A stretch of 64,000 nucleotides of DNA, taken from assembly GCA_947581925.1 (NCBI GenBank), contig CANPWB010000005.1:6128-70127 (forward strand), written 5' to 3'. This stretch comes from an uncultured Clostridia bacterium (GTDB lineage Bacteria > Bacillota > Clostridia > Christensenellales > CAG-917). Under the pieces are notes generated by a model. The model saw nothing but the letters and a program-made list of their open reading frames with translations. It did not search any database and was not told the origin of the DNA. Within the stretch, counting starts at the first letter, position 1. Each line of letters starts with the position of its first letter. Position numbers and translations under genes: made by a program. Shown in pieces: positions 45,870-56,280 of this stretch.

Positions 45870-48080
45870 ATGCAGCTTAAGGGCGAAGTTAAGACCGTAA
45901 TATTTCAAAGCCCCGAAACGGGATATACCGTGCTCGACGTAAGGTGCGAGGACGGCGTGTTTACCGTAGTCGGGCTCTTCCCGCCTGTAAGCGAGGGCAT
46001 GGTTGTCGAGGTGGAGGGCAAATTTCAGCAAAAGACCCTCTACGGCAGGCAGTTCGCCGCGGAAAAGATAAAATTGCACCAACCCTCGAGGCTGGACGGC
46101 ATAAAGAAATTTCTCTCCAGCGGGCTCATCTACGGTTTGGGTCCCGTCACGGCGGAGGCTATCGTAGCGCGTTTCGGCGTGGACAGCCTCGAGATGATGA
46201 AATACCCAATGGAGCTTGCGAAGGTGCGCGGCATATCCCTCAAAAAGGCGACGGAATTCGGCATGGGCTATGTCAAGCTGCAAAAGATGCAGGACGCCAT
46301 AATGTTTTTGCAGGAGCTGGGCATCACGATAAACATGGCTCTTCGTATCTACAAAGTGTATGAGGAAAAGACGATAGACAACCTTCGCAAAAATCCGTAC
46401 ATGCTCGTCGACGACATTGACGGCATAGGTTTTGCCACCGCGGACAGGATAGCGGGCGAGCTGGGCGTGGACAAGGACAGTGATTTCAGGATAAGCGCGG
46501 CGATAACGTACGTCCTCAAAGACGCGTCGCTCAAGGCGGGGCACAACTATCTGCCCGAGGGCGAGCTTATAGAAGCGGCAAAGACGCTGCTTGGCATCGA
46601 CGATGTGGAGCGCATAAGCGACGTGCTGGGCGATATGATCTTGCTCAAGGAGCTTATACGCTACGACGCGGGAGAGCATATTGCCATACTGCTCAAACGC
46701 AACTACATCACCGAAAAGAATATCGCAAAAAGGCTGCTGAGGCTGAGCCGCGAGGCGTCCGACTTCAAGGTCAATGTGGAGCACGAGATAAGCCGTTTCG
46801 AGCAAGAGGCTGGATTTGAGCTGCACCCCAACCAAAAAGAGGCGGTTCGCGCCGCAATAGAAAACGGGGTGCACATAGTCACGGGCGGACCGGGCACGGG
46901 CAAGACGACAATAGTCAAGTGTATTTTGCGCGTGTTCAAGGACCTCGATCAGCGCGTAGCGCTGTGCGCGCCTACGGGAAGAGCGGCAAAGAGGCTAAGT
47001 CAAGCGACGGGCGAGGACGCAAAGACGATACACCGCCTACTCGACCTCGACTGGAAGGGCGGAGAAGGGCACTTTGCGTACAACGAAAATATGAAACTTC
47101 CGCTTGACGTCGTCATCGTGGACGAAGTCAGTATGGTGGACGAATACGTGTTTTGCGCGCTGCTCGGCGCGCTCGAGAGGGGAGCAAGGCTCGTGCTCGT
47201 GGGCGACAAGGACCAGCTTGCGTCCGTAGGCGCGGGCAATGTGCTCGGCGACCTCATAAGATGCGGGCATTTCACGGTGAGCTATCTCACGCACATTTAT
47301 AGGCAGTCCGCAAAGAGCAAGATAGTGCCAAACGCGCACAAGATCAACAACGGACAGATGCCCGACCTCGACAACAAGAGCGACGATTTCTTCTTTGAGG
47401 AGAGGAATACTTCGGAGGCGATATGCCAAAGCACGCTCGCGCTCGTCACCAAGCGCTTGCCCAAATATCTGAACATGGACCCCAAGGATATACAAGTGCT
47501 GTGCCCAATGAAGCGCAGCCTTGCGGGCACCGTGAATTTGAACAGGGAACTTCAACGCCTCATCAATCCGCCCACTGCCGCAAAGAAAGAATTGAAGCGC
47601 GGAGACATACTTTTCCGCGAGGGCGACAAAGTCATGCAGACGATCAACAATTATCAGCAGGAGTGGTCGCAGACGCAGGGCAACAGAGTGGAGCGCGGGA
47701 TGGGCGTTTTTAACGGCGACATCGGCATCATCGAGAACATAAATGTGCAAATCATGCAGTTTACCGTGCGTTTTGACGATGATAAAGTGGCGATTTATCA
47801 ATATGGCGACATCGACCAGTTGTCGCTCGCATACGCGATAACCATACACAAATCGCAGGGCAGCGAGTTTGACGCTGTCGTCATCGCGCTTGACAGCAAC
47901 TATCTTTTGCAGACGCGAAATCTGCTTTACACAGCGGTCACGAGGGCGAAAAAACTTGTCGTCATCGCGGGCGCGAAGGAGACGGTGGCGCGCATGGTGC
48001 GCAACAACCAGACTGCGAGGCGCTATTCTTTGCTCGTACAGCTCATAGACGAGGAGCTCGCCGGAGGCAGGTATGACTGA
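45870..48080 (+). CDS. recD2: RecD2-type SF1B DNA helicase
   Basis: Walker A GGPGTGKTT, VDEVSMVD, and an N-terminal OB/HhH region (TVIFQSPETGYTVLDV). I prefer ATG 45870 (GGAG 6 nt upstream) over GTG 45864. Confidence 0.88.
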   Translation: MQLKGEVKTVIFQSPETGYTVLDVRCEDGVFTVVGLFPPVSEGMVVEVEGKFQQKTLYGRQFAAEKIKLHQPSRLDGIKKFLSSGLIYGLGPVTAEAIVARFGVDSLEMMKYPMELAKVRGISLKKATEFGMGYVKLQKMQDAIMFLQELGITINMALRIYKVYEEKTIDNLRKNPYMLVDDIDGIGFATADRIAGELGVDKDSDFRISAAITYVLKDASLKAGHNYLPEGELIEAAKTLLGIDDVERISDVLGDMILLKELIRYDAGEHIAILLKRNYITEKNIAKRLLRLSREASDFKVNVEHEISRFEQEAGFELHPNQKEAVRAAIENGVHIVTGGPGTGKTTIVKCILRVFKDLDQRVALCAPTGRAAKRLSQATGEDAKTIHRLLDLDWKGGEGHFAYNENMKLPLDVVIVDEVSMVDEYVFCALLGALERGARLVLVGDKDQLASVGAGNVLGDLIRCGHFTVSYLTHIYRQSAKSKIVPNAHKINNGQMPDLDNKSDDFFFEERNTSEAICQSTLALVTKRLPKYLNMDPKDIQVLCPMKRSLAGTVNLNRELQRLINPPTAAKKELKRGDILFREGDKVMQTINNYQQEWSQTQGNRVERGMGVFNGDIGIIENINVQIMQFTVRFDDDKVAIYQYGDIDQLSLAYAITIHKSQGSEFDAVVIALDSNYLLQTRNLLYTAVTRAKKLVVIAGAKETVARMVRNNQTARRYSLLVQLIDEELAGGRYD

Positions 48081-48891
48081 GTATAAGGGCAAGGCAAAGT
48101 TCAAGGCGTATTTGAGCGGCGCCGGCGAAGCGCTGAGAAGGTGCGTCGCGGCTTTAGAGGGCGCGCTGTATCCAACAGAAATAACTTGCGACATATGCCT
48201 GAGCGAACTTAGGACGAGGGGCAGGTACAGAGTGTGCGCAAATTGCCTCGAGGAGCTGCCGTATGTAGGCGACAAAAGATGTTTGAATTGCGGCGCGCCC
48301 ATGAGCGACGAGGGCGATTACTGCAACCGCTGTCAAAACACCGAGAGCAGTTTCAAGCTGTGCCGCGCGCCATTTGAATACAGGGACCTCGCGGTGAGGA
48401 TGATACACGACCTCAAATTCGGCGGGAAACAGTATATGGCCGAGACGCTCGCGGCGTTTATGGCGGATGAGTTTTTGAAAGACGGCATGAGCGCGGAGAT
48501 AGTATGCTTTGTGCCAATGGCGCCCAAAGAGGAGAAAAAGCGGGGTTTCAATCAAGCGGAACTGCTTGCGCGCGAGATAGCGGAGAGGCTGAATATGCCT
48601 CTGCTCCCCGCGCTCGTCAAACGCAAGGACACGACGGAGCAAAAGGCTTTGAGCGCGCGCGACAGGGCAAAGAACCTCGAAGGCGCCTACGAGTGCGTAG
48701 TGTCGCAGGTGAAAAAGCGCAGCGTACTGCTTGTGGACGACGTATTTACGACGGGCGCCACTTCAAACGAGTGCGCAAAGGCCCTGCTCAAAGCGGGCGC
48801 AAGGGAAGTGAGCGTGCTCACCGCCGCGATAACAAGGCAAAAAATGTCTTTCGAGCAGGACGACCGACTTGTCAGCGACGACAAAAAGTAG
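48073..48891 (+). CDS. comFC: ComF-family protein (PRTase fold with N-terminal zinc fingers)
   Basis: Four CxxC pairs are followed by the PRTase motif VLLVDDVFTTGAT. It overlaps the recD2 stop by 8 nt. Confidence 0.8.
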   Translation: MTEYKGKAKFKAYLSGAGEALRRCVAALEGALYPTEITCDICLSELRTRGRYRVCANCLEELPYVGDKRCLNCGAPMSDEGDYCNRCQNTESSFKLCRAPFEYRDLAVRMIHDLKFGGKQYMAETLAAFMADEFLKDGMSAEIVCFVPMAPKEEKKRGFNQAELLAREIAERLNMPLLPALVKRKDTTEQKALSARDRAKNLEGAYECVVSQVKKRSVLLVDDVFTTGATSNECAKALLKAGAREVSVLTAAITRQKMSFEQDDRLVSDDKK

Positions 48892-48982
48892 TATGATAAA
48901 ATGTATGGCAACTTTTTGAAGTTGCCGCCCGTCAAGGGCGAAATAAAAAAAGAAAAGCGCAGCCGCGCTAAGAGAGGAATAT

Positions 48983-51900
48983 ATGTCAATTTTCAACGAA
49001 AACGACAGGAAGGTCAAAAAACTTCGCAAGTTTGCCGTCAAGATTACTCCCGACGACAGCATACATCGCAAAAAGGACGAGACCGAGGAAGAGGCGAAAG
49101 CCGCCGCGGCGGAAAGAGTGGAGCAAGCTCTTTCAAAGGCGGCAAAATCGGGCAAGGAGAAGTATCTTGAGCAGAAGTATGCCAACATGTCCGACGACGA
49201 GCTCAAAGGCATGACGGATATATTCAAGAAAAAGCTTGCGGACGGCGCGAAGCTTGACGATATAATGCTCGACGCCTATGCCGTCGTTATGGAGGCGAGC
49301 AAGAGAGTGCTCAACATGAAGCACTTCTTTGTACAGATCATGGGCGGCGTCGCGCTGCACCAAAGCAGGATTGTCGAGATGGCAACGGGCGAAGGCAAGA
49401 CGCTTGTCGCGACTCTCCCCGCCTATCTCAACGCTCTCGAGGGAAAGGGCGTGCACATAGTCACCGTAAACGACTACCTTGCGCGCCGCGACGCGGACTG
49501 GATGGACAACCTCTATCGTTTTCTCGGGCTTTCGGTGGGCGTTGTCGTACACGGTATGACGAGAGAGGAAAAGCAGAAGGCATACGCCGCGGACATCACG
49601 TATTGCAGCAACAGCGAGTTGGGCTTTGACTTTTTGCGCGACAATATGGCGCTCAAAAAAGAGGACGTAATGCAGCGCAAACTCAATTTTGCCATAATCG
49701 ACGAGGTTGACTCCATATTGATAGACGAGGCGAGGACGCCGCTCATCATTTCAAACGCCCCCAAAGTCGAAAAAGAGGACCTGCTTGCCGTGGCGCGCTT
49801 TGTGGACGGCTTGAAAGAGGCTACTCCCGTGCTGGACGTAAAGGGCGCGCCCGTAAAGGACGAGGACGGCAACGAAAAGACGCAGGGCGATGTCGAAGTG
49901 GATTATGAAAAGCGCACCGCTATTCTGACGGAAGAGGGCTTGAGCAAGGCGGAAAAATATTTCAAGACGACAGGATTTTTCGGCAAGTCCGAGGATGGCA
50001 AAGAGGCGGACGGCACGGGCGATATCGACGACGCGGGCGACGCGGTGCTTTACAACAGGATAGAGGCGGCGCTCAAAGCGAAATTTCTCTTTTTGCGCGA
50101 CAGGGACTATCTTGTTGACGAGAGCAAAAAGGTTGTCATAATCGACCACAACACGGGCCGCGCTATGCCGGGGCGTCGTTTCAACGACGGCTTGCATCAG
50201 GCGATAGAGGCGAAAGAGGCGCTGCTCGACAGCGGAGTCAAGATACTCGGCGACAACAAGATCGCCGCTACGATAACCTATCAAAACCTCTTCAGGCAGT
50301 ACGCCAAGATCTCGGGCATGACGGGTACGGCAAAGACGGAAGAGACGGAGTTCAAAAACATCTACAAGCTCGACGTCGTGAAGATCCCTCCCCATGCGGA
50401 TTGTCAAAGGGAGGACAAAAACGACAAGATGTTTTTGAGCAAGGCGGCAAAATTCGACGCGCTCATCTTAGATATAGCCGAAAGACACGCAAAGGGCCAG
50501 CCCCTGCTCATCGGCACCACGAGCGTCGAGGAGTCCGAGATGTTGAGCGCAAAGCTCGCGGAAAAGAAAATACCTCACGAAGTGCTAAACGCCAAAAACA
50601 ACAAAAACGAGGCGTACATCATAGCGCAGGCGGGCGCTCCGGGCGCGGTCACGATATCGACGAATATGGCGGGACGCGGCACGGATATTTTGCTCGGCGG
50701 CAATCCCGAATACAAGGCGAAAAAGAACATAGAGGACAAACTCGACGGCATGTTCAAAGATAAGCTGCTCAAATTCGACAGCGCGGATGATGGTAGCGAG
50801 CGCTACAGCGACCTCGCCAAGGAAGAACTCGAGAGAGTCCTCGCGGCGGACAGGGAGATGAAGGAGCAGCGCTATGAGACCTTCAAATCCAATCTCATCG
50901 ACAGCATAACCTCAAAATTTCCCGCAAAGCGCGACATGACGGAGCTTTGCACATTCGAAGGCGTGACCTATGATGTGGATATAGTTGGATTGAGGGAAGA
51001 GTACGCCAAAGACTTGCAAGCGATAAAGGCGGACTACAACGTCAAAAAGCAGGACGTCATCTCGAAGGGCGGGCTTTGCGTAATAGGCACGGGGCGCAAC
51101 GAGAGCAGGCGAATAGACAACCAGCTCATAGGCCGCGCCGGCCGTCAAGGCGATATCGGCCAAAGCGAGTTCTACGTTTCGCTCGAGGACGACATATTGC
51201 GTTTCAACAACAGCGAGAGGCTCACCCAGCTGCTCGCCTACCTTCAGATGAGGATACCCGAGGATCAGCGCGATCTGCCCTTGCAGCTCAAGGTAATAAC
51301 CAACTTCATCAAGAATACCCAAAAGAAGATAGAGGGCGCGCACTTTGCCGCAAGAAGGGACCTGCTGTATTATGACGAGGTGCTTGAGGTGCAGAGGAAC
51401 GACATCTACTCCGCGCGCAAGAAGCTGCTCGACGAGGACGAGGATATCCACGCGCAAGTCGAGGAGATGTTCGAAAGGCTTGCCCTCTCCATTTTGGAAA
51501 AGCATATCGACCCCAATGAGGGCTACGACAAGTGGGACATCGAGGGCTTGACGGAAGAGATAGAAAAGCGTATGATGCCAAAGCGCGGCGAGAGCGAGGA
51601 GCCCGATTTCGATGAGAGCGCCGAAGAGGCGGATGAGGCGTATGACGAGGAAGAGGAGTTCGACGAGGACGAGAGCGAAGAAAATATAGTTGTCGAGCAT
51701 GAGGATGATGAAGATTACACCTTTGAAAAGGACGAGCCCGAAAGCAAAAAGCACGTCTTTAAGAAGGGCAGCGTGATAACGCAGGAACTTTGCGAGACGG
51801 GCGACGTGGACGCGATCGTAAAAGCCATATGCGCCGCCGCGTCCGCGGAGTATGCCAAGAAGGCGGAATTCTACAAGGAGAGAAATTTCGACTACGGCAG

Positions 51901-52867
51901 AGAGGAAAAATTCGTATTGCAGACAAACATCGACAGGATGTGGCCGGACTTTCTCGACAAGAACAACTCCTTGCGGGAGAGCGTACGGCTGAGAGCGTAC
52001 GGACAGCACGACCCGCGCATAGTTTTCAGAAAGGAATCCATGGAGATGTTCGACAAGCTGTTGGACAAGATATATCTGGAGACGGCGGGAGTTTTGCTTA
52101 CGGAAGCCGTCCCGCGCAGTTTCTATATGATCAATTTACGCGAGGCGGAGGCGCGCGCAAGCAGGCTTAGGTCGGATATAAACGTCATTTTCAACGACCC
52201 GAGGGGCTGGGCGCCTTCGGATAAGTCCGAGATAAAGCAGGCAACAGGGGATGAATTTTTGCTCGACATATTCTCAAAGCGCGCGGAGCAGATAGTGGCA
52301 ATGACCGTCGCCGCCGCGGCGCAAGACAGGACGGTAGTCAAACCCGTCGCGATAGACAAACTTGCCGATATGACGCTGTTTGTGAAGAAGGGCGAATATT
52401 TCATGCAGAAGCATACATCCGCGGACGCCTCGCGGGAGGAGCTCGTCTCCGTGCTCAGCGAGGAGGCAAAAAAACAGGCCAGGGCGGCGCTCATATTGAA
52501 GAGACAGGCGGGCGGCGAGAGGCGCGTGGACGCGCTTATCGCAATGATACTCGGCGACATTGTAGCGAGGAGCTTTGTGAAGTGCGCAAACGACCTCAAC
52601 CGCAGAAATACCGAGATCGCGCTCGACGGCAAGCAAGTGGACAAATTTCTCAATGATTGCGAGAATATTTACGATATTTTCTACAAGGTATTTGTCGCGA
52701 CGACGTGCATAAATCTCTTCGGCGCGCTCGAGGCGGAACTTCGCGTGAGGCAGGGCAAAAAGGCGGGAGGAAACACAATCGTCGGGTCTCGTACCCCGGG
52801 AAGGAACGACCCGTGCCCCTGCGGCTCTGGTAAGAAATACAAAAACTGCTGTGGCAAAAACGCTTGA
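48983..52867 (+). CDS. secA: Preprotein translocase ATPase SecA (unusually long, 1294 aa)
   Basis: MATGEGKTLV (Walker A), DEVDSILIDEARTPLIIS, and the C-terminal zinc motif CPCGSGKKYKNCCG. Several insertions are present (see findings). Confidence 0.93.
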   Translation: MSIFNENDRKVKKLRKFAVKITPDDSIHRKKDETEEEAKAAAAERVEQALSKAAKSGKEKYLEQKYANMSDDELKGMTDIFKKKLADGAKLDDIMLDAYAVVMEASKRVLNMKHFFVQIMGGVALHQSRIVEMATGEGKTLVATLPAYLNALEGKGVHIVTVNDYLARRDADWMDNLYRFLGLSVGVVVHGMTREEKQKAYAADITYCSNSELGFDFLRDNMALKKEDVMQRKLNFAIIDEVDSILIDEARTPLIISNAPKVEKEDLLAVARFVDGLKEATPVLDVKGAPVKDEDGNEKTQGDVEVDYEKRTAILTEEGLSKAEKYFKTTGFFGKSEDGKEADGTGDIDDAGDAVLYNRIEAALKAKFLFLRDRDYLVDESKKVVIIDHNTGRAMPGRRFNDGLHQAIEAKEALLDSGVKILGDNKIAATITYQNLFRQYAKISGMTGTAKTEETEFKNIYKLDVVKIPPHADCQREDKNDKMFLSKAAKFDALILDIAERHAKGQPLLIGTTSVEESEMLSAKLAEKKIPHEVLNAKNNKNEAYIIAQAGAPGAVTISTNMAGRGTDILLGGNPEYKAKKNIEDKLDGMFKDKLLKFDSADDGSERYSDLAKEELERVLAADREMKEQRYETFKSNLIDSITSKFPAKRDMTELCTFEGVTYDVDIVGLREEYAKDLQAIKADYNVKKQDVISKGGLCVIGTGRNESRRIDNQLIGRAGRQGDIGQSEFYVSLEDDILRFNNSERLTQLLAYLQMRIPEDQRDLPLQLKVITNFIKNTQKKIEGAHFAARRDLLYYDEVLEVQRNDIYSARKKLLDEDEDIHAQVEEMFERLALSILEKHIDPNEGYDKWDIEGLTEEIEKRMMPKRGESEEPDFDESAEEADEAYDEEEEFDEDESEENIVVEHEDDEDYTFEKDEPESKKHVFKKGSVITQELCETGDVDAIVKAICAAASAEYAKKAEFYKERNFDYGREEKFVLQTNIDRMWPDFLDKNNSLRESVRLRAYGQHDPRIVFRKESMEMFDKLLDKIYLETAGVLLTEAVPRSFYMINLREAEARASRLRSDINVIFNDPRGWAPSDKSEIKQATGDEFLLDIFSKRAEQIVAMTVAAAAQDRTVVKPVAIDKLADMTLFVKKGEYFMQKHTSADASREELVSVLSEEAKKQARAALILKRQAGGERRVDALIAMILGDIVARSFVKCANDLNRRNTEIALDGKQVDKFLNDCENIYDIFYKVFVATTCINLFGALEAELRVRQGKKAGGNTIVGSRTPGRNDPCPCGSGKKYKNCCGKNA

Positions 52868-52924
52868 TAGCCCGAGCGGTCAAATAAAACGTGATAACAA
52901 TAAGGAAATTCAACGGAGAATTTT

Positions 52925-54034
52925 ATGCTGGATTATAACGAGATAAAATCAAAACTCAAGGATATGAAAAGCGAGATGACGCGCGCATACGAGAGCGTCA
53001 ATCCAACTAAGCTCAAGGCGCGCGCGGACGAGCTTGCCGAACAGCAGAATGCCGAGGGATTCTGGGAGGACGCCGAAAACGCCCGCAAGGTCTCAAAGGA
53101 GATAAGCCAGATCCAAAGCAAGCTTGAAAAATTTGAGAAGATGATAGCGCGCATTGACGACGCCATAGAGCTTGTGGACATCGTGGAGCTCGAGGCTAGC
53201 GCGGAAGAGGACGCAAATCTCGTGGCTATGGTGGACGAGCTTGCCGAGCATGTGGAGAGCTTGTCTCTCGCGACGCTGCTCAGCGGCAAGTACGACAGCC
53301 TCAACGCCATACTCACTTTGCACGCGGGAGCGGGCGGCACGGAGGCGCAGGATTGGTGCTCCATGCTGTACCGCATGTACACGCGCTATGTGGAGCGCAC
53401 GGGCTGGTCATATACGGAGCTTGACTATCTCGCGGGCGATGAGGCGGGCATAAAGAGCGTGACTTTTAGGGTGGAGGGCGACAACGCCTATGGCTATCTC
53501 AAAGCGGAAAAGGGAGTGCACAGGCTTGTGCGCATATCCCCCTTTGACGCCAACGCGAGGCGGCACACCTCCTTTGCGTCCCTCGAGGTCATGCCCGAGA
53601 TAATAGACACGTCCGAGATAGAGATACGCCCCGAGGACCTCAAGATAGACACCTATCGCAGCGGCGGCGCGGGCGGACAGCACGTCAACAAGACGGAGAG
53701 CGCAATACGCATCACGCACATTCCGACGGGCATAATCGTCGCTTGCCAAAACGAGCGCAGTCAGATCCAAAACAAGGAAGTCGCGCTGCAAATGCTCCGC
53801 TCCAAGCTCATCGAGAAGAAGGAGCGCGAGAGAGAGGAAGAGGCGGCGGCGATAAGCGGACAGCTCAAAAAGATAGAATGGGGCAGCCAAATAAGAAGCT
53901 ACGTATTCTGTCCCTACACCATGGTCAAGGATCACCGCACCAACTATGAAACAGGCAACGTGCAGGCGGTCATGGACGGAGACCTCGACGGATTTATCAA
54001 CGAATACTTGAAACTCAGCTCCATACAAAAATGA
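52925..54034 (+). CDS. prfB: Peptide chain release factor 2 (single uninterrupted ORF)
   Basis: 369 aa with SPF and GGQ (GGQHVNKTESA) motifs. There is no internal in-frame TGA and no frameshift site. Confidence 0.93.
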   Translation: MLDYNEIKSKLKDMKSEMTRAYESVNPTKLKARADELAEQQNAEGFWEDAENARKVSKEISQIQSKLEKFEKMIARIDDAIELVDIVELEASAEEDANLVAMVDELAEHVESLSLATLLSGKYDSLNAILTLHAGAGGTEAQDWCSMLYRMYTRYVERTGWSYTELDYLAGDEAGIKSVTFRVEGDNAYGYLKAEKGVHRLVRISPFDANARRHTSFASLEVMPEIIDTSEIEIRPEDLKIDTYRSGGAGGQHVNKTESAIRITHIPTGIIVACQNERSQIQNKEVALQMLRSKLIEKKEREREEEAAAISGQLKKIEWGSQIRSYVFCPYTMVKDHRTNYETGNVQAVMDGDLDGFINEYLKLSSIQK

Positions 54035-54075
54035 CCTATACATTTTTGCGGGACGGCGACAGGGAAAGTCGCCTT

Positions 54076-54108
54076 ATGTGCAAAAACAGAAGTTAATATG
54101 TGCAAAAC
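54076..54108 (+). promoter_or_regulatory. Direct repeat ATGTGCAAAA x2, 22 nt apart, upstream of tsaD
   Basis: ATGTGCAAAAAC at 54076 and ATGTGCAAAACG at 54098. It may be related to the serS/aspS GCAAAA motif. Confidence 0.35.
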
Positions 54109-54133
54109 GCGGCGATAAAATGCGTGATTTGAT

Positions 54134-55156
54134 ATGAACAGCCTTTTTGACATACAAAATATTACGGTGCTCGCGATAGAGTCCAGCTGCGACGAGACGG
54201 CTTGCGCGATAGTGAGAAACGGCAGGGAAGTGCTCTCGAGCGTCATCGCGACGCAGATAGAGATACACCGCCGTTTCGGGGGCGTCGTGCCCGAGATAGC
54301 AAGCCGCAATCACACTCTTGCCATAGAAAACGTCGTCGCGGAGGCGATGTCAAGGGCGGGAGTCACAAGGGACGATATCGACGCCGTAGCGGTCACCTAC
54401 GGCGCGGGGCTGCTGGGCGCCTTGCTCGTGGGCGTGAATTTTGCAAAGGGGTTGGCATATGCGTGGGAAAAGCCGCTGTTTGGCATATCCCACATCAAGG
54501 GGCATATCGCGGCGAATTATATCGACTCCGCGCTCGAGCCGCCCTATCTTTGCCTGCTCGCCAGCGGGGGACATACCGCGGTCGTCAAAGTGGAGGACTA
54601 TGAAAGGATAACTCCGCTTGCCACAAGCCGCGACGACGCGGCAGGCGAGGCGTTTGACAAAGTCGCGCGTGTGCTCGGGCTGCCATATCCCGGCGGACCC
54701 GAAATAGAAAAACTCGCGCGGGAGGGCAAGCCCGTCTTTGATATGCCCAAGGTCAAGCATGGCGAGGAGCTGTATTTCAGCTACAGCGGCATAAAGACGT
54801 TTGTGATAAATCTCGTGCACAAGCTCGAGCAAAAGGGCGAGCCTCTGCCCAAGGCGGATATCGCGGCGAGCTTTCAACAGGCGGCGGTGGATCAGCTTGT
54901 GGATATGGTATCCATCGTCTCAAAGCGCACGGGCATAAAAAAACTTGCCGTAGCGGGGGGCGTAAGCGCAAACGCGCTCCTTCGCGCGCGCTTTGACGAT
55001 ATGAAAAAGCGGGGCTGCGAGGTGTACTATCCCAAACTTTGCTACTGCACGGACAATGCGGCGATGATAGGCTCCGCGGCATACTTCCTCATCAAAAGCG
55101 GCGCAGACGAGAGCCCTTATTCGCTTGACGCGAAGGCTACCGTTGGTATACAATAA
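54134..55156 (+). CDS. tsaD: tRNA N6-threonylcarbamoyladenosine synthesis protein TsaD
   Basis: 340 aa with LAIESSCDETA.., an ASKHA fold and metal-binding His motifs. Confidence 0.93.
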   Translation: MNSLFDIQNITVLAIESSCDETACAIVRNGREVLSSVIATQIEIHRRFGGVVPEIASRNHTLAIENVVAEAMSRAGVTRDDIDAVAVTYGAGLLGALLVGVNFAKGLAYAWEKPLFGISHIKGHIAANYIDSALEPPYLCLLASGGHTAVVKVEDYERITPLATSRDDAAGEAFDKVARVLGLPYPGGPEIEKLAREGKPVFDMPKVKHGEELYFSYSGIKTFVINLVHKLEQKGEPLPKADIAASFQQAAVDQLVDMVSIVSKRTGIKKLAVAGGVSANALLRARFDDMKKRGCEVYYPKLCYCTDNAAMIGSAAYFLIKSGADESPYSLDAKATVGIQ

Positions 55157-55230
55157 GAAAAACGACGAGCATCGCGCAAAAGCGAGAGTCGATTTGTGAA
55201 TATTTTCAAAATGCCTTGTGACATTTTGAA

Positions 55231-55272
55231 GTAGCGGTGTCCTCACCCGCTACTAAAATAATAAAAAGGAGT
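55231..55272 (+). promoter_or_regulatory. Candidate preQ1-I-like H-type pseudoknot (translational riboswitch)
   Basis: P1 is GUAGCGG (55231-37) with CCGCUAC (55247-53). The loop is UGUCCUCAC, followed by the A-rich tail UAAAAUAAUAAAA. Loop UCCU (55240-43) can pair with the SD AGGA (55267-70), 9 nt before the ATG of a YhhQ-type gene. Confidence 0.4.
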
Positions 55273-55279
55273 TTTTTTC

Positions 55280-56101
55280 ATGGAAAAATTCAAAACGTGG
55301 TTTTTGAAAGAGGCGCGGGAGACAAAGGCTTTGTTGCAAGGCGTCCCCGCCATCACGATGGTGCTTTTTGTCATCTCCGTCATAGGCATGAATCTGCTCG
55401 CAAACAAGAGCATAAACACGGGCGTAAGTTGGCTTGCGCTTGACGCGGGCATGCTGATAAGCTGGCTGAGTTTCCTCACTATGGACGTTACAGTCAAGCG
55501 TTTCGGCCCCAAGGCGTCCATAAAGCTGTCCTTTGTAGCGGCGTTCATCAACCTTATGCTGGCGCTCATAATGTTTGCGGCGGCGAAAGTCCCCGGCGTA
55601 TGGGGCGAGTCCTTTGTGGACGAGGGCGGAGAGCTCATCAATACCGCGCTCGACAACACTTTCGCGGGCACGTGGTATGTCGTGACGGGCAGCACGATAG
55701 CCTTCCTCGCCTCGTCTGTAGTCAACAACGTCACAAACTGGGGCATAGGCAAGCTGTTCAAGCGCAACAATTTCGGAGTGTTCGCCGCGCGCAGCTACAT
55801 CTCCACGATGATAGGGCAATTTGTGGACAATTTCCTGTTTGCCATAATCGTCAGCCACAACTTTTTCGGCTGGAGCATGCTGCAATGTGTCACGTGTTCG
55901 CTTACGGGCATGGTGTTCGAGCTCGCCTGCGAGATGGTATTCTCGCCCATAGGCTACAGGATATCCCGCAAGTGGGAGCGCGACAACATAGGCGCAAATT
56001 ATATCCGCATACTCTCCGAAGACGGCGAGGAAGAAAGCTCTGTCTACCACCGCGAGGAGAAGGAGCCTGGCGCGAGCGAGGCGCAAGAGGACGTCGCATA
56101 A
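55280..56101 (+). CDS. yhhQ: YhhQ/VUT-family (queuosine-precursor) transporter
   Basis: 273 aa with ~6 TM and the DUF165-type pattern (..MDVTVKRFGPK.., GQFVDNFLFAIIV). Confidence 0.7.
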   Translation: MEKFKTWFLKEARETKALLQGVPAITMVLFVISVIGMNLLANKSINTGVSWLALDAGMLISWLSFLTMDVTVKRFGPKASIKLSFVAAFINLMLALIMFAAAKVPGVWGESFVDEGGELINTALDNTFAGTWYVVTGSTIAFLASSVVNNVTNWGIGKLFKRNNFGVFAARSYISTMIGQFVDNFLFAIIVSHNFFGWSMLQCVTCSLTGMVFELACEMVFSPIGYRISRKWERDNIGANYIRILSEDGEEESSVYHREEKEPGASEAQEDVA

Positions 56102-56280
56102 GCCTGTACATTCGGCGATTTTGACAGTCGCGCAGCGTGCTATGTCTGCCGCACGCAGCGTAAAAACACCGCTCAGTCAATATTTGGCGAAAAAGCGCTA
56201 CACACAGTGCAAGCCCCGCCAAGGCTTGCGAAGCGAATTTGCGCAGACAACAATGAATATGACAAATATAGGGGTTTATT

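Noticed and set aside
52925-53010. Programmed +1 frameshift site in prfB.
   Set aside because: RF2 is encoded as one uninterrupted 369-aa ORF. There is no in-frame TGA near codon 25 and no CTTTGAC-type site.
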